Assembly (NCBI GenBank): GCA_902599555.1
Contig: CACKFQ010000002.1
Location: forward strand, 15,235 to 79,234
DNA: 64,000 bases
Direction: 5' to 3'
DNA from: an uncultured Candidatus Actinomarina sp.
Lineage (GTDB): Bacteria > Actinomycetota > Acidimicrobiia > Actinomarinales > Actinomarinaceae
Shown: positions 9,185 to 18,899 of the stretch, in pieces
How positions within the stretch are numbered: position 1 is the stretch's first letter
Layout: every line of letters starts with the position of its first letter
Position numbers and translations under genes: made by a program
Notes under the pieces: model-generated
Database searches by the model: none
What the model saw: the letters and a program-made list of their open reading frames with translations, nothing else
Told to the model about the DNA's origin: nothing

Positions 9185-9700
9185 ATGCCACGAGGTGGAG
9201 CAAGAAAAGGAGCCGGTAGACCAAAAGGTCAAGGCAAGTATGGAGAACAGACAAAAGCTGTCCGTATTCCTGTAAGTAAGGTGAAGTATATCTCTGAGGT
9301 TATCAACAAAGGGCTATACGAAGTACCAATGTATAGTAATAAAGTTGCAGCTGGGTTCCCATCCCCTGCAGACGACTATTTAGAAGACAAAATAGATTTA
9401 AATCAATATTTAGTAAAGCATCCTGCATCAACATTTTTAGTAAGAGCTTCTGGAGAGTCAATGATCAACGCTGGAATATTTCCTGACGATATCTTAGTTG
9501 TAGATAGAAGCTTAAAAGCCGAAGACGGAAAAGTGGTTATTGCTGTTGTAGATAATGAACTGACTGTAAAAAGATATCGTAAAAAAGGCAAGAACATAAT
9601 TTTAGAGCCAGAAAATGAAGCGTTTGATCCAATTGTTATTCCCCGTGAGAGTGAGGCTTTCGTTTGGGGAGTCGTTACAAATGTTATCCATAACTTATAA
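9185..9700 (+). CDS. umuD: UmuD (S24 peptidase) with basic Gly/Arg-rich N-terminal extension
   Basis: Cleavage region 'VAAGFPSPADD', catalytic Ser 'GESM', Lys 'TVKR', 'WGVVT'; N-terminus MPRGGARKGAGRPKG. Confidence 0.92.
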   Translation: MPRGGARKGAGRPKGQGKYGEQTKAVRIPVSKVKYISEVINKGLYEVPMYSNKVAAGFPSPADDYLEDKIDLNQYLVKHPASTFLVRASGESMINAGIFPDDILVVDRSLKAEDGKVVIAVVDNELTVKRYRKKGKNIILEPENEAFDPIVIPRESEAFVWGVVTNVIHNL

Positions 9701-9750
9701 ACTTCAAAATAAGCTGAATGGACAAACGATAAATTGTAAAATAATGGTAG

Positions 9751-10647
9751 ATGGAAATATTAAAAACAAATTTAGAAAATTTTAAAAATATTGAAAACTG
9801 GGAGTATAAAGAGAACTTTCATACTGTTAACTCACGTCACGGTGACATAAATATTCACTATGTAGATGAAAATTCAGATAAGGATGAAACCATACTTTTA
9901 ATGCACGGTAATCCTACCTGGGGTTATTTGTATAGAAATATGATTGACCCACTCAAAGACGAGGGATATAGGGTTGTTGTACCAGACTTACCAGGATTTG
10001 GGAAATCAGATAAATTTACTTCAAGGTATCACTATACGTATGAAGAATTTGTTGATTGGATGTCCCAGTGGATTGAGGGAGTTAATCTAGAAAACATCAC
10101 ATTATTTTGTCAAGACTGGGGTGGTTTGATTGGATTAAGACTGGCTGCAAAATACGATGATAGATTTAATCGTATAGTTGTAGCCAATACAGGTTTACCG
10201 ACTGGTAAAGCACCATTAAATACTGGATTTTTAGTCTTCAAAGAATTTATGAATATTAAAGAAGACCTTCACGTTGCAGGTCAAGTTAGAAATGGCACTA
10301 ATGGACTGGATCAGTCTGCTCTAGATGCATATAACGCACCATTTCCAGATGAAACTTTCAAACAAGGCGTAAGACAATTTCCAAATATTGTTCCCTCATC
10401 CCCCATGTCTCCTAGTAGAAAATTTAATGAGGAAGCATGGGAAAAATTAAAGAAATGGCAAAAACCTTTTTTATGTGCTTTTAGCGATAACGATCCAATA
10501 TTTGCAGGTGTAGAAAATTCATTTCTTAAACATATTCCAGGATGTGAAAATATGCCTCATGTAACAATAGAGAATGCAGGACATTTTTTACAGGAAGATA
10601 ATCCTGATGCATGTGTAAAAGCAATTTTGTCAATAATGGACTATTAG
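9751..10647 (+). CDS. Haloalkane dehalogenase (alpha/beta hydrolase)
   Basis: 'MHGNPTWGYLY', 'PDLPGFGKSDK', nucleophile motif 'QDWGG', 'AGHFLQED'. Confidence 0.9.
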   Translation: MEILKTNLENFKNIENWEYKENFHTVNSRHGDINIHYVDENSDKDETILLMHGNPTWGYLYRNMIDPLKDEGYRVVVPDLPGFGKSDKFTSRYHYTYEEFVDWMSQWIEGVNLENITLFCQDWGGLIGLRLAAKYDDRFNRIVVANTGLPTGKAPLNTGFLVFKEFMNIKEDLHVAGQVRNGTNGLDQSALDAYNAPFPDETFKQGVRQFPNIVPSSPMSPSRKFNEEAWEKLKKWQKPFLCAFSDNDPIFAGVENSFLKHIPGCENMPHVTIENAGHFLQEDNPDACVKAILSIMDY

Positions 10648-11336
10648 ACTGTAGCTTTTCCCCAATAGTTGTAACCTAGAAATTTTTGTGTACCTGGCAA
10701 ATAAATATTGTTCATTTCTAATAAGTTAAATCCATTATTAATCAGTAGTTCACTAATATTTCTATTTGTATGGCATCCACCAGCAATTTTAGGATAGAAG
10801 AAATCAGTAGAATTTTGTATAAATGAAACAGATTTATCCGGTGACAAACCATGTTCACTAAAAATAAAAACACCATTCTTTTTTAAAACTCTTTTTATTT
10901 CCTGTAAAGTTTTATTGGGCTCAGGAATTGAGCATAAAGCATACGTACTAACGACAGTATCAATTGATTCAGAATCTACTGATAAATTACTTGCAGATTC
11001 TATTAAAAATTCAATATCTAAATCTTTTGAATCAGCTCTTTTCTTTGCAATAGTGTTAAGCTCCTTTGAAGGATCAACTCCAATAATTTTTGAAACTTTT
11101 TCATTGTCATAATGTTTTAAATTCGAACCAGGTCCAATACCTATCTCAAGAACTTTACCTGAAGCTTCAGGAATTACTTTTTTTCTTTGGTAATCGATTG
11201 GCCTTGAATTGCATGTAAAGTTTATTAATTTAGGAAGAATATTTTTTTCGTAAAATGATTTATTGAAAAGTCGAACTATTGGAAAAATAAAAAAAAGAAG
11301 TAAATTAGAAACAAATAGGTAAATATATTTCTTCAA
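10644..11336 (-). CDS. Class I SAM-dependent methyltransferase
   Basis: 'VLEIGIGPGSN', 'GVDPS', 'LCSIP', 'RVLK..G..IFSEHG', 'GGCH'. Confidence 0.9.
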   Translation of the reverse strand: MKKYIYLFVSNLLLFFIFPIVRLFNKSFYEKNILPKLINFTCNSRPIDYQRKKVIPEASGKVLEIGIGPGSNLKHYDNEKVSKIIGVDPSKELNTIAKKRADSKDLDIEFLIESASNLSVDSESIDTVVSTYALCSIPEPNKTLQEIKRVLKKNGVFIFSEHGLSPDKSVSFIQNSTDFFYPKIAGGCHTNRNISELLINNGFNLLEMNNIYLPGTQKFLGYNYWGKATV

Positions 11337-11340
11337 TTTA

Positions 11341-11880
11341 CTAATCCTTTGAGAATGAAATTACCTCGGTCATTGAAATATGGTCAATGGTAGTTTTTCC
11401 ATATTTAACATCTTGCACTACCCCATTTTCATCTATTAGTACATCAACTGGTAAACCTGTAAATGCACCACTCATGCTTGTTAACGGGTTGAAACCTTTT
11501 ATGAATATTGCTTTCATGAATCGAAAAAAACCAATTATCGAGCCTAGAAAAACACCGAAAGCACTTTTTTCAACATTATATTTATCAAAATAAAACCTGT
11601 TTTCATCAGCAAGTATGAAAATAGAGGAATCATGTTTACTAGATGCTTTTTGCAAACTTTCTATTGAGCAATTAAATATTGCAATAGTCTCAAAATTATT
11701 ACCAAATTTATCCATATTGTTGATAGTCTCATTTATTCTAAGATGACAAAATGGACAAGACGAATATCTATAAAAAGATATAAGTGCTTTCTTGCCTTTT
11801 ATACTTTCTAAGTCGAATACAGAGCCATCAATAGAAGGTAAGGAAAGTTCATTAATTAGATCACCTTTTTTAATTTTCAT
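11341..11880 (-). CDS. AhpC/TSA-family thioredoxin-fold protein
   Basis: 'FYRYSSCPFC' CxxC motif; 'LPVDVLIDENG'. Confidence 0.8.
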   Translation of the reverse strand: MKIKKGDLINELSLPSIDGSVFDLESIKGKKALISFYRYSSCPFCHLRINETINNMDKFGNNFETIAIFNCSIESLQKASSKHDSSIFILADENRFYFDKYNVEKSAFGVFLGSIIGFFRFMKAIFIKGFNPLTSMSGAFTGLPVDVLIDENGVVQDVKYGKTTIDHISMTEVISFSKD

Positions 11881-11941
11881 ATATTTAATTTTAAAGAGTG
11901 AAGATGAAAAGTACTAACTCTAAGTATTAAATATTTGTAAA

Positions 11942-12448
11942 TTAGTGCCCTCCTCTTGGAACACCACCATATTTCATACGAGTATCACCCATATATGCAA
12001 CTCTATCTTCAGGATTTAATGTTTTGCAATCAATTATTTCTCCCAGAAAAAATGTATGGGTGCCAAAGTCAATTTTTTGTGTTGTTTTTAACTCAAACCA
12101 TACTGTTGCATTTTGAAAGATCGGTACATTATTTTTGGTCAAAAATATAGGTTCTTTATTTAGAAAGCCTTCCGTGTATTCAGCAGGTTTAGAAAATTTT
12201 ACAAATACTTTTGTGTAATCAGGCGAAAACATATTTAAAGTAAAATATTCGCTTTGGTTCATTAACCTAAACGTTACACTCTTATTATCAATACCAACAC
12301 CAATTAGAGCTGGCTCCATACTAACCTGAGTTATCCAACTTGCCGTCATACCATTAAATTCACCATTTGCATGACTTCCAATTATTCCAAGTGGACTTGG
12401 TATTTTCCAAGTGGAAACATTTATCTCTTCAGGGGTTAATTCACTCAT
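11942..12448 (-). CDS. Flavin reductase family protein
   Basis: 'NGMTASWITQVSMEP', 'GTHTFFLGEI'. Confidence 0.88.
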   Translation of the reverse strand: MSELTPEEINVSTWKIPSPLGIIGSHANGEFNGMTASWITQVSMEPALIGVGIDNKSVTFRLMNQSEYFTLNMFSPDYTKVFVKFSKPAEYTEGFLNKEPIFLTKNNVPIFQNATVWFELKTTQKIDFGTHTFFLGEIIDCKTLNPEDRVAYMGDTRMKYGGVPRGGH

Positions 12449-13489
12449 TTACAAACAACTTTTGATAAATTTTATAGTTTCAAAATCCAGTGGTATTGCT
12501 ACAGAAAGTTCAGTAACATTACATTTTTTCCAGTCTTCAAGCTTTTCTTTTATTCGATCTTTAGAACCAACAAGTGTTAAATCATCTATCAATTCATCAG
12601 GAAAGATTGATTCTGCTTCTGCTTTTTCACCTTTTAGATACAATTCCTGAATCTGTGTAGCGATTTCTTCATAGCCGTATTCACACATCAAATTAAAATA
12701 AAAGTTTTTATCTTTAGCACCCATACCACCTACATATAGAGTGTAATTATTTCTAGCAGGAGCTAAATATGCATCTCTTTCAGATTCGTCGCACACCTTT
12801 GCAAATACTGGAGCAGATATTTGAAATTTTTCTTTTTTATTTGGATCACCTGATTTTTCGAAACCTTTTTCTAAAAATTGATTAAAAAATTTATCACCAA
12901 GAGTCGGTGAATACATAAAAGGAAGCCATCCGTCTGCAATCTCTGCTGTCAATTCAATATTTTTTGGACCAATAGCTGCAAGATAAATTGGAATATCACT
13001 TCTTAGGGGTTGTTCAATTAGTTTTAATGGCTTTCCTAGACCAGATGCATCATCACCATTGTATGGTAAGTTGTAATACTCCCCTTCAAAAGAAGTTTTT
13101 CCATCTCTTCGTAATATATCTTTAACTATCTGAACATACTCTCTCGTCTTTTTTAATGGCTTTCCATAAGCAACCCCATGCCAACCCTCAACAACTTGAG
13201 GTCCAGAAACTCCAATCCCCAATCTAAACCTACCACCTGAAAGTTTATCAATAGTAACTGCTGTCATTGCAGTCATAGCAGGTGATCTCCCAGGAATTTG
13301 CATAATGCCAGAGCCTAAATTTATATTATCTGTCAATGCAGCGAAATATGAAAGTGGAGTAACCGCATCGTATCCATATGCTTCCGCTGTCCAAATACAA
13401 GATATCCCTATTTCGTCTAATTCTTTAATTAATTTTTTTTCACTTGAAATATGTGGACCAAAATAACCGACATTTACACTTACATCCAT
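12449..13489 (-). CDS. LLM-class F420-dependent oxidoreductase
   Basis: 'WTAEAYGYDA', 'LSGGRFRLGIGVSGPQVVEGWHG', 'AAIGPKN', 'ADGW'. Confidence 0.92.
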   Translation of the reverse strand: MDVSVNVGYFGPHISSEKKLIKELDEIGISCIWTAEAYGYDAVTPLSYFAALTDNINLGSGIMQIPGRSPAMTAMTAVTIDKLSGGRFRLGIGVSGPQVVEGWHGVAYGKPLKKTREYVQIVKDILRRDGKTSFEGEYYNLPYNGDDASGLGKPLKLIEQPLRSDIPIYLAAIGPKNIELTAEIADGWLPFMYSPTLGDKFFNQFLEKGFEKSGDPNKKEKFQISAPVFAKVCDESERDAYLAPARNNYTLYVGGMGAKDKNFYFNLMCEYGYEEIATQIQELYLKGEKAEAESIFPDELIDDLTLVGSKDRIKEKLEDWKKCNVTELSVAIPLDFETIKFIKSCL

Positions 13490-13501
13490 ATGTAAAGGAT
13501 A

Positions 13502-14014
13502 CTATAAATTTATATCAATAAAATCATCATGCATTAACAAACCATGCATTTGAATATCATGATTTTCAAAAGGAATATGATCTACTATATGATTTTTATC
13601 TGTTACACCGATAAATGTTGAGTTTAAATGGTTGGAAAGTAGCTTATCGTAAATACCACTACCCTTGCCAAGCCTAGTACCTTTTTTATCAAATCCAACA
13701 CCAGGTATTAAAAATATATCAACATGATCAATAATTTTTAAATTAACTGGTTGAAAAACATTAAAACTATTTTTTTCAAATGGTTCTTCATAAATGCAAA
13801 TTTTTATTTCTTCATCTTGAAGACAAGTAGTAGTCAATAATGCATGTCCCTTTAAATACATATTGATGTTTATTTCACTTTCTAGTGGTACATATGTGCA
13901 AACAATCTTACCTCTGATAATATTTTGTAATTTTTTAATAACAGTCTGAGTGTGTTCAACATCGACCAATGAAATATTTTTTAGTTTCTTCCTTAATTCT
14001 ATTTTTTCTAACAT
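13502..14014 (-). CDS. 5-formyltetrahydrofolate cyclo-ligase
   Basis: 'IPGVGFDKKGTRLGKGSGIYD', 'HDIQM'. Confidence 0.88.
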   Translation of the reverse strand: MLEKIELRKKLKNISLVDVEHTQTVIKKLQNIIRGKIVCTYVPLESEININMYLKGHALLTTTCLQDEEIKICIYEEPFEKNSFNVFQPVNLKIIDHVDIFLIPGVGFDKKGTRLGKGSGIYDKLLSNHLNSTFIGVTDKNHIVDHIPFENHDIQMHGLLMHDDFIDINL

Positions 14015-14052
14015 AATTTATTATCTAGATAGTTCTACATTACACTGACAAC

Positions 14053-14784
14053 ATGCTGAAGAACAAATTACTTACATGGTTCAACCTATTGATCATGGGT
14101 ATATACACAATCCCAGTTACATACTCTATTTGGTTTGTTGGTTTGTTTAATAGATTCACGAAATTAAAGTACTACATTGCTCAAAGCTGGACAATTCCCT
14201 GGATGTGGGCTGCTAGATCAAAAGTAACTTTGATTAAAAACTTTGATTATAAAAAAAATCAGCCTTATGTTGTTATTTCAAATCACTTATCAAATTTAGA
14301 TCCCATGATGCAATTTAGATATCTTAAAATTAAATGGGTATTTATGGCTAAAAAAGAAGTGTATAAACTTCCTGTCTTTAGAACAGCAGCAAGGTCATTT
14401 AATTTTATAAAAGTTGATAGATCAGATAAAAACGATCGAAAAAGTATTAATGAACAGGCAAAAACCCTTTTTAGAAACGGATGGTCACTTATGGTTTACC
14501 CTCAGGGAACAAGAGCAAAAAAAGATAATTTTCTACCATTTAAAAGCGGAGCATTTCATATTGCATTAGAAAATAATATTCCAATTCTTCCGGTTGTGAT
14601 AGCAGGCACTGGAGACATATGGCCTAGAGGTAAAAAATTTATGACCAGTGGAAAGGCAATCATTAATACATTAGAACCAATTGACATGTCAAAATATACA
14701 AAAGAAACAATTGATCAACTTGTTGATGAAACATATGAGAAAATGTCAAAAGTGTATAAAGAATTAACTGCTTCCATAAAATAA
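14053..14784 (+). CDS. plsC: 1-acyl-sn-glycerol-3-phosphate acyltransferase
   Basis: NHLSNLD (HX4D), 'YPQGTR', 'PFKSGAF'. Confidence 0.9.
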   Translation: MLKNKLLTWFNLLIMGIYTIPVTYSIWFVGLFNRFTKLKYYIAQSWTIPWMWAARSKVTLIKNFDYKKNQPYVVISNHLSNLDPMMQFRYLKIKWVFMAKKEVYKLPVFRTAARSFNFIKVDRSDKNDRKSINEQAKTLFRNGWSLMVYPQGTRAKKDNFLPFKSGAFHIALENNIPILPVVIAGTGDIWPRGKKFMTSGKAIINTLEPIDMSKYTKETIDQLVDETYEKMSKVYKELTASIK

Positions 14785-14805
14785 AATAAATCTTACAATA
14801 CGAAT

Positions 14806-15321
14806 ATGAATATCTTATTGGCAGCGCTTTCTATTTTTGTATTGAGATTACTTGACCAAACACTTGGAACCTTAAGGATACTTTATGTGAACAAAGGAAA
14901 ACCAGTATTTGGTGCTGTTTTAGGATTTATAGAATCAGCAATCTGGGTTGTTGCTATATCTCAAGTTATTCAGGATTTAAATGATCCATTTCTAATATTT
15001 GGATACGCGCTTGGATTTGCTGCAGGAACAATAATGGGATCCTATATTGAAAATACAATCGCTATTGGTGATATTGTTGTGAGAATCTTTGCACCAAAAG
15101 ATAGCGATAGTACGCAAGTGGCTGAAGCATTAAGAAATAATGGATTTGGTGTAACAATCATTAATGGAGAAGGCATGCAGGGAGAAGTTAGCATTGCTTG
15201 GTGCGTAACACCAAGAAAAAGGGTTAAAGAAGTTTTGAATATTGTATCAGAAATTAATCCTGATGCTTACGTTACTACTGAACCTACAAATCCAACAAAG
15301 CTAACTGGAAACCGAAAATAG
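14806..15321 (+). CDS. DUF2179/DUF5698 membrane protein (YebE-like)
   Basis: 'LGTLRI', 'GFIESAIW', 'YALGFAAG', 'GFGVT..GEG'. Confidence 0.85.
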   Translation: MNILLAALSIFVLRLLDQTLGTLRILYVNKGKPVFGAVLGFIESAIWVVAISQVIQDLNDPFLIFGYALGFAAGTIMGSYIENTIAIGDIVVRIFAPKDSDSTQVAEALRNNGFGVTIINGEGMQGEVSIAWCVTPRKRVKEVLNIVSEINPDAYVTTEPTNPTKLTGNRK

Positions 15322-15322
15322 A

Positions 15323-17626
15323 CTAGAGACCTTTTTCAAAATCGTCTTCAAAAGAAACTCTTTTTCTGTTTGAAGATTGTCCACGATTGTCGGACCTTTT
15401 GTCACTTCTATTTCTGTTACCATTTCTAGATCTTGAAGGTTTTCTATCACGAGAATTATTTGATTCCCCACCTTCTGCTTCTTCTGGTATTTCTAAATCT
15501 TCAACTGGAGAAAGACTTACTTTTCCATTTTCGATTGAATCTACATTGACCCTAATTTTATCTCCAACTGATACAACTGCTTCAGTATTGTTTACTCTTT
15601 TAGATGAGTGAAATTTTGATACATGTAATAAACCATCTCTACCTGGAAGAATATTTATGAAAGCTCCATACGTAGCAACACTTACAACTTCTCCATCATA
15701 TTGTGCACCAACTTCCGCTTCAGGTGGATCGATTATTAACATAACCATTTCTTTACCAGCTACTATTGCTTCTTCTTCAGTTGATCCAAGTGTTAAAATA
15801 CCATCATCATCAATTTCGACAGAACATCGAGTTTCTTCCTCGATTTTCTTGATATTTTTACCTTTTGGACCAATGACTTCACCAATTTTGTCTTTAGGTA
15901 ATTCGATAGTTTCAAGTCTAGGTGCATTACCAGAAAGACTTTCCGCTGGTTCAGCAATGGTATCTTCCATAATATCTAATATATGATGTCTCGCATCCAT
16001 AGCTTGATTTAATGCTTTTCTTAATACATCAGCAGGCAGACCTTCTATTTTCATATCTAGTTGTAATGCTGTAATCACATTTCTTGTTCCAGCAACTTTA
16101 AAATCCATATCGCCAAGAGCATCTTCAGCACCCAAGATATCTGTGAGAGTAACATAGGTATCATCTTTAGAAATTAGCCCCATAGCGATACCTGCAACAT
16201 GTTCTCTAATAGGAACACCCGCAGCCATCAATGACAAACTAGATGCACATACTGAAGCCTGAGAAGTAGATCCATTTGAAGAAATTGCTTCACTTACGAC
16301 TCTGATGGTGTATGGAAAGTCAACTTTTGGAGGAATAACAGGTACCAATGCCTTTTCAGCCAAAGCACCGTGACCAATCTCTCTTCTCTTTGGGCCTCTC
16401 ATTGGATAGGCTTCACCTGTTGAGTATGGAGGAAAATTATAATGATGCATATATCTTTTTGATGTGACTGTATCAATAGTATCTAGCATTTGTTCAAGCC
16501 TTGACATACCTAAGGTTGTAACATTCAAAACCTGCGTTTCTCCTCTTAAAAATAATGAAGAACCATGAACAGTTGGAAGTAAGTTTATCTCAGCAGATAT
16601 ATTTCTAATATCAGTTGGTGTTCGTCCATCTAATCTAGCACCACCACTTAAAACTCTATCTCTGACTGTATTTTTAACAATAGATTTAAAAGCTAATTTA
16701 ATTGCTTTAGTATTGTCATCTTCTTCATCTAAGAATTTTTCAACAGCTTGTTCTTCAAGCTCACTTTGCTTTTCACTTCTTTCAGATCTATCTGTTAGAG
16801 CCATTGCTGCTTCAATATCGGAACCAAAAGCTTCACCAATTTGTGACTTTAGCTCTTCTGAGTAGTCTTCAATAATAGGCCAGTCAATCTCAGGAACATC
16901 TCTTTTAGCAACTAATTCTTTTTGAGCTTCTATTAATTTTGAAATAAATTCTTTGGACATATCAATTCCATCAGCAACGATATTTTCAGATGGTGCAGCA
17001 CTACCTTCATCAATTTTATTAAATGCATTGTCTGTTGCTCCAGCCTCAACCATTACAATATCTATTTCACCTTTAGGGTTAAGACTTCCTGCAACAACCA
17101 TATCAAATACTGATTCTTCTAATTCAGTATTCGTAGCTTGAACTACCCAGTTGTCATTAATTAAAGACATTCTCACAGCACCTACAGCTGACTCAAGTGG
17201 TACCCCTGCTAATTGAAGACCTAATGATGCAGCATTAAGAGCTAAAATATCATATTCATTTTCGTTATCAACACTTAAAACAGTTGCAATAATTTGTGTT
17301 TCACATCTAAATCCATCTTTAAAAGAAGGTCTCAGTGGTCTATCTATTAATCGACAAGCTAATATAGCTTTTTCCGTTTGCCTACCCTCTCTTCTAAAAA
17401 ATCCTCCAGGAATTTTTCCAGCGGAATACATTCTTTCCTCTACATCCACTGTTAAAGGGAAAAAATCAATACCATCCCTTACACTTTTGTTAGCAACTGT
17501 TGTCACTAAAACTGTGGTATCACCAGATGTAACAACTACAGAACCAGGTGCTTGCAGAGCTAATTTACCTGTTTCAAATCCAATTTCTGCATTACCAATG
17601 TTTACTTTTACATTATCGATCGACAT
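15323..17626 (-). CDS. pnp: Polyribonucleotide nucleotidyltransferase (PNPase)
   Basis: 'FFPLTVD', 'RREIGHG', 'GDMDFKVAG'; KH and S1 domains. Confidence 0.98.
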   Translation of the reverse strand: MSIDNVKVNIGNAEIGFETGKLALQAPGSVVVTSGDTTVLVTTVANKSVRDGIDFFPLTVDVEERMYSAGKIPGGFFRREGRQTEKAILACRLIDRPLRPSFKDGFRCETQIIATVLSVDNENEYDILALNAASLGLQLAGVPLESAVGAVRMSLINDNWVVQATNTELEESVFDMVVAGSLNPKGEIDIVMVEAGATDNAFNKIDEGSAAPSENIVADGIDMSKEFISKLIEAQKELVAKRDVPEIDWPIIEDYSEELKSQIGEAFGSDIEAAMALTDRSERSEKQSELEEQAVEKFLDEEDDNTKAIKLAFKSIVKNTVRDRVLSGGARLDGRTPTDIRNISAEINLLPTVHGSSLFLRGETQVLNVTTLGMSRLEQMLDTIDTVTSKRYMHHYNFPPYSTGEAYPMRGPKRREIGHGALAEKALVPVIPPKVDFPYTIRVVSEAISSNGSTSQASVCASSLSLMAAGVPIREHVAGIAMGLISKDDTYVTLTDILGAEDALGDMDFKVAGTRNVITALQLDMKIEGLPADVLRKALNQAMDARHHILDIMEDTIAEPAESLSGNAPRLETIELPKDKIGEVIGPKGKNIKKIEEETRCSVEIDDDGILTLGSTEEEAIVAGKEMVMLIIDPPEAEVGAQYDGEVVSVATYGAFINILPGRDGLLHVSKFHSSKRVNNTEAVVSVGDKIRVNVDSIENGKVSLSPVEDLEIPEEAEGGESNNSRDRKPSRSRNGNRNRSDKRSDNRGQSSNRKRVSFEDDFEKGL

Positions 17627-17640
17627 ATAACCTCTTTCGT

Positions 17641-17698
17641 GACCAAGGTTATTAATTGTCAGCTTTCAACAAAAGCTCTCAATTAACAACGCAAGGTC
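17641..17698 (-). ncRNA. pnp 5' leader hairpin (Actino-pnp-like, putative RNase III site)
   Basis: Minus-strand RNA pairs GACC/GGUC, GUUGUUAAUUG/CAAUUAAUAAC and AGCUUU/AAAGCU, forming a long interrupted stem between rpsO and pnp. Confidence 0.7.
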
Positions 17699-17705
17699 AA
17701 ATTTA

Positions 17706-17963
17706 TTATCTTCTTAAGCCAAGTTTATCTATAAGATTACGATATCTTTGTACATCTTGGTTCTGAAGGTACTGAAGTAATCTCTTTCTTTTACCAACAA
17801 GCATTAATAATCCTCTTCTTGTGTGGTGGTCTTTTTTATGTGTTTTCAAATGATCTGTTAAATGATCGATTCTATTACTCAATAAAGCAACCTGAACTTC
17901 AGCAGAACCAGTATCTGTATCGGATTTACCGTATTCTTTTATAATTTCTTGCTTTGTTTTCAT
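17706..17963 (-). CDS. rpsO: 30S ribosomal protein S15
   Basis: '[12 protein letters not shown]', '[12 protein letters not shown]', 'LGLRR'. Confidence 0.98.
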   Translation of the reverse strand: MKTKQEIIKEYGKSDTDTGSAEVQVALLSNRIDHLTDHLKTHKKDHHTRRGLLMLVGKRKRLLQYLQNQDVQRYRNLIDKLGLRR

Positions 17964-18005
17964 TCGAGATAATAATAGTAGCTGCTATATCTAATGTGAG
18001 ATTAT

Positions 18006-18899
18006 TTAATTTTTATTGATATCTTCAATATCTTTAGATATTTGTTGAGTTAATTCATCAATACTTGAGAATTTTATTTCATCTCTTATAAATTTTTTAA
18101 AATGTACTGTTAAATCAGCGTCATAAATATCGTCATTAAAATCAAAAATATGTACTTCTAAACTTTTCTTGGTCCCTTCAGATACCGTAGGTTTATATCC
18201 GATATTCATAATTCCTTCATAAAGATATTTATTTAAGAGCACGTCTACTTTGTATACTCCATTTTTGGGTATTTGAATACTCTTATCAATGTTCAAATTT
18301 GCAGTAGGAAATCCTATCTGAGAACCTCTTTGATCACCTTTGATAACAGTTCCTGTTAAAGAATATTCATAACCCAAAGCTTCATTAGCCTGTTCAACAA
18401 AACCTTCACTCAAAAATGACTTAATTAAGGTTGAAGATATTTTTTCATTTTTGTGCTCATAATCAGGAATAGTATGTACTGAATCTTCACCAAAATATTT
18501 AATTAAGTAATCTACGTCACCCTCACGGTTTGCACCAAATTTAAAATCATTACCTACATAAATATTTTTAGCTTTCATATTGTTTTTTAACATCTCACAA
18601 AAAGTTTTAGGTGAATACTTCATTACATGTTCAAAATTAATAAATACTAAATTACTAGGTTCAAATTTTTTGAATAATTCAATCTTCTCATTGTTAGTTG
18701 TTAGTAACATATGTTCATTATTGAAGTATTTTTTTGGAAGTGTATCAAAAGTAACTATTTGAAATAAATTACTTGATTCTTTTGTATACTTTAATAGTTC
18801 CTGATGGCCTAAATGTACTCCATCAAATCCACCGATACACACAGCTGGAATATCATCATCAATATAATTGTCGGAAGTAAAATTTTCATATATTCTCAT
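18006..18899 (-). CDS. ribF: Bifunctional riboflavin kinase/FAD synthetase
   Basis: 'GGFDGVHLGHQ', 'ISST', 'GFPTAN', 'EVHIFDF'. Confidence 0.96.
   Translation of the reverse strand: MRIYENFTSDNYIDDDIPAVCIGGFDGVHLGHQELLKYTKESSNLFQIVTFDTLPKKYFNNEHMLLTTNNEKIELFKKFEPSNLVFINFEHVMKYSPKTFCEMLKNNMKAKNIYVGNDFKFGANREGDVDYLIKYFGEDSVHTIPDYEHKNEKISSTLIKSFLSEGFVEQANEALGYEYSLTGTVIKGDQRGSQIGFPTANLNIDKSIQIPKNGVYKVDVLLNKYLYEGIMNIGYKPTVSEGTKKSLEVHIFDFNDDIYDADLTVHFKKFIRDEIKFSSIDELTQQISKDIEDINKN

Noticed and set aside
6966-9700. Possible prophage or ICE remnant around umuDC and the hmdU-kinase-like gene
   Set aside because: No integrase, structural, replication or conjugation genes and no flanking direct repeats seen; HGT remains possible but a mobile element is unsupported.
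14015-14052. 6S RNA often found upstream of 5-formyl-THF cyclo-ligase
   Set aside because: The spacer is only 38 bp, too short to hold it.
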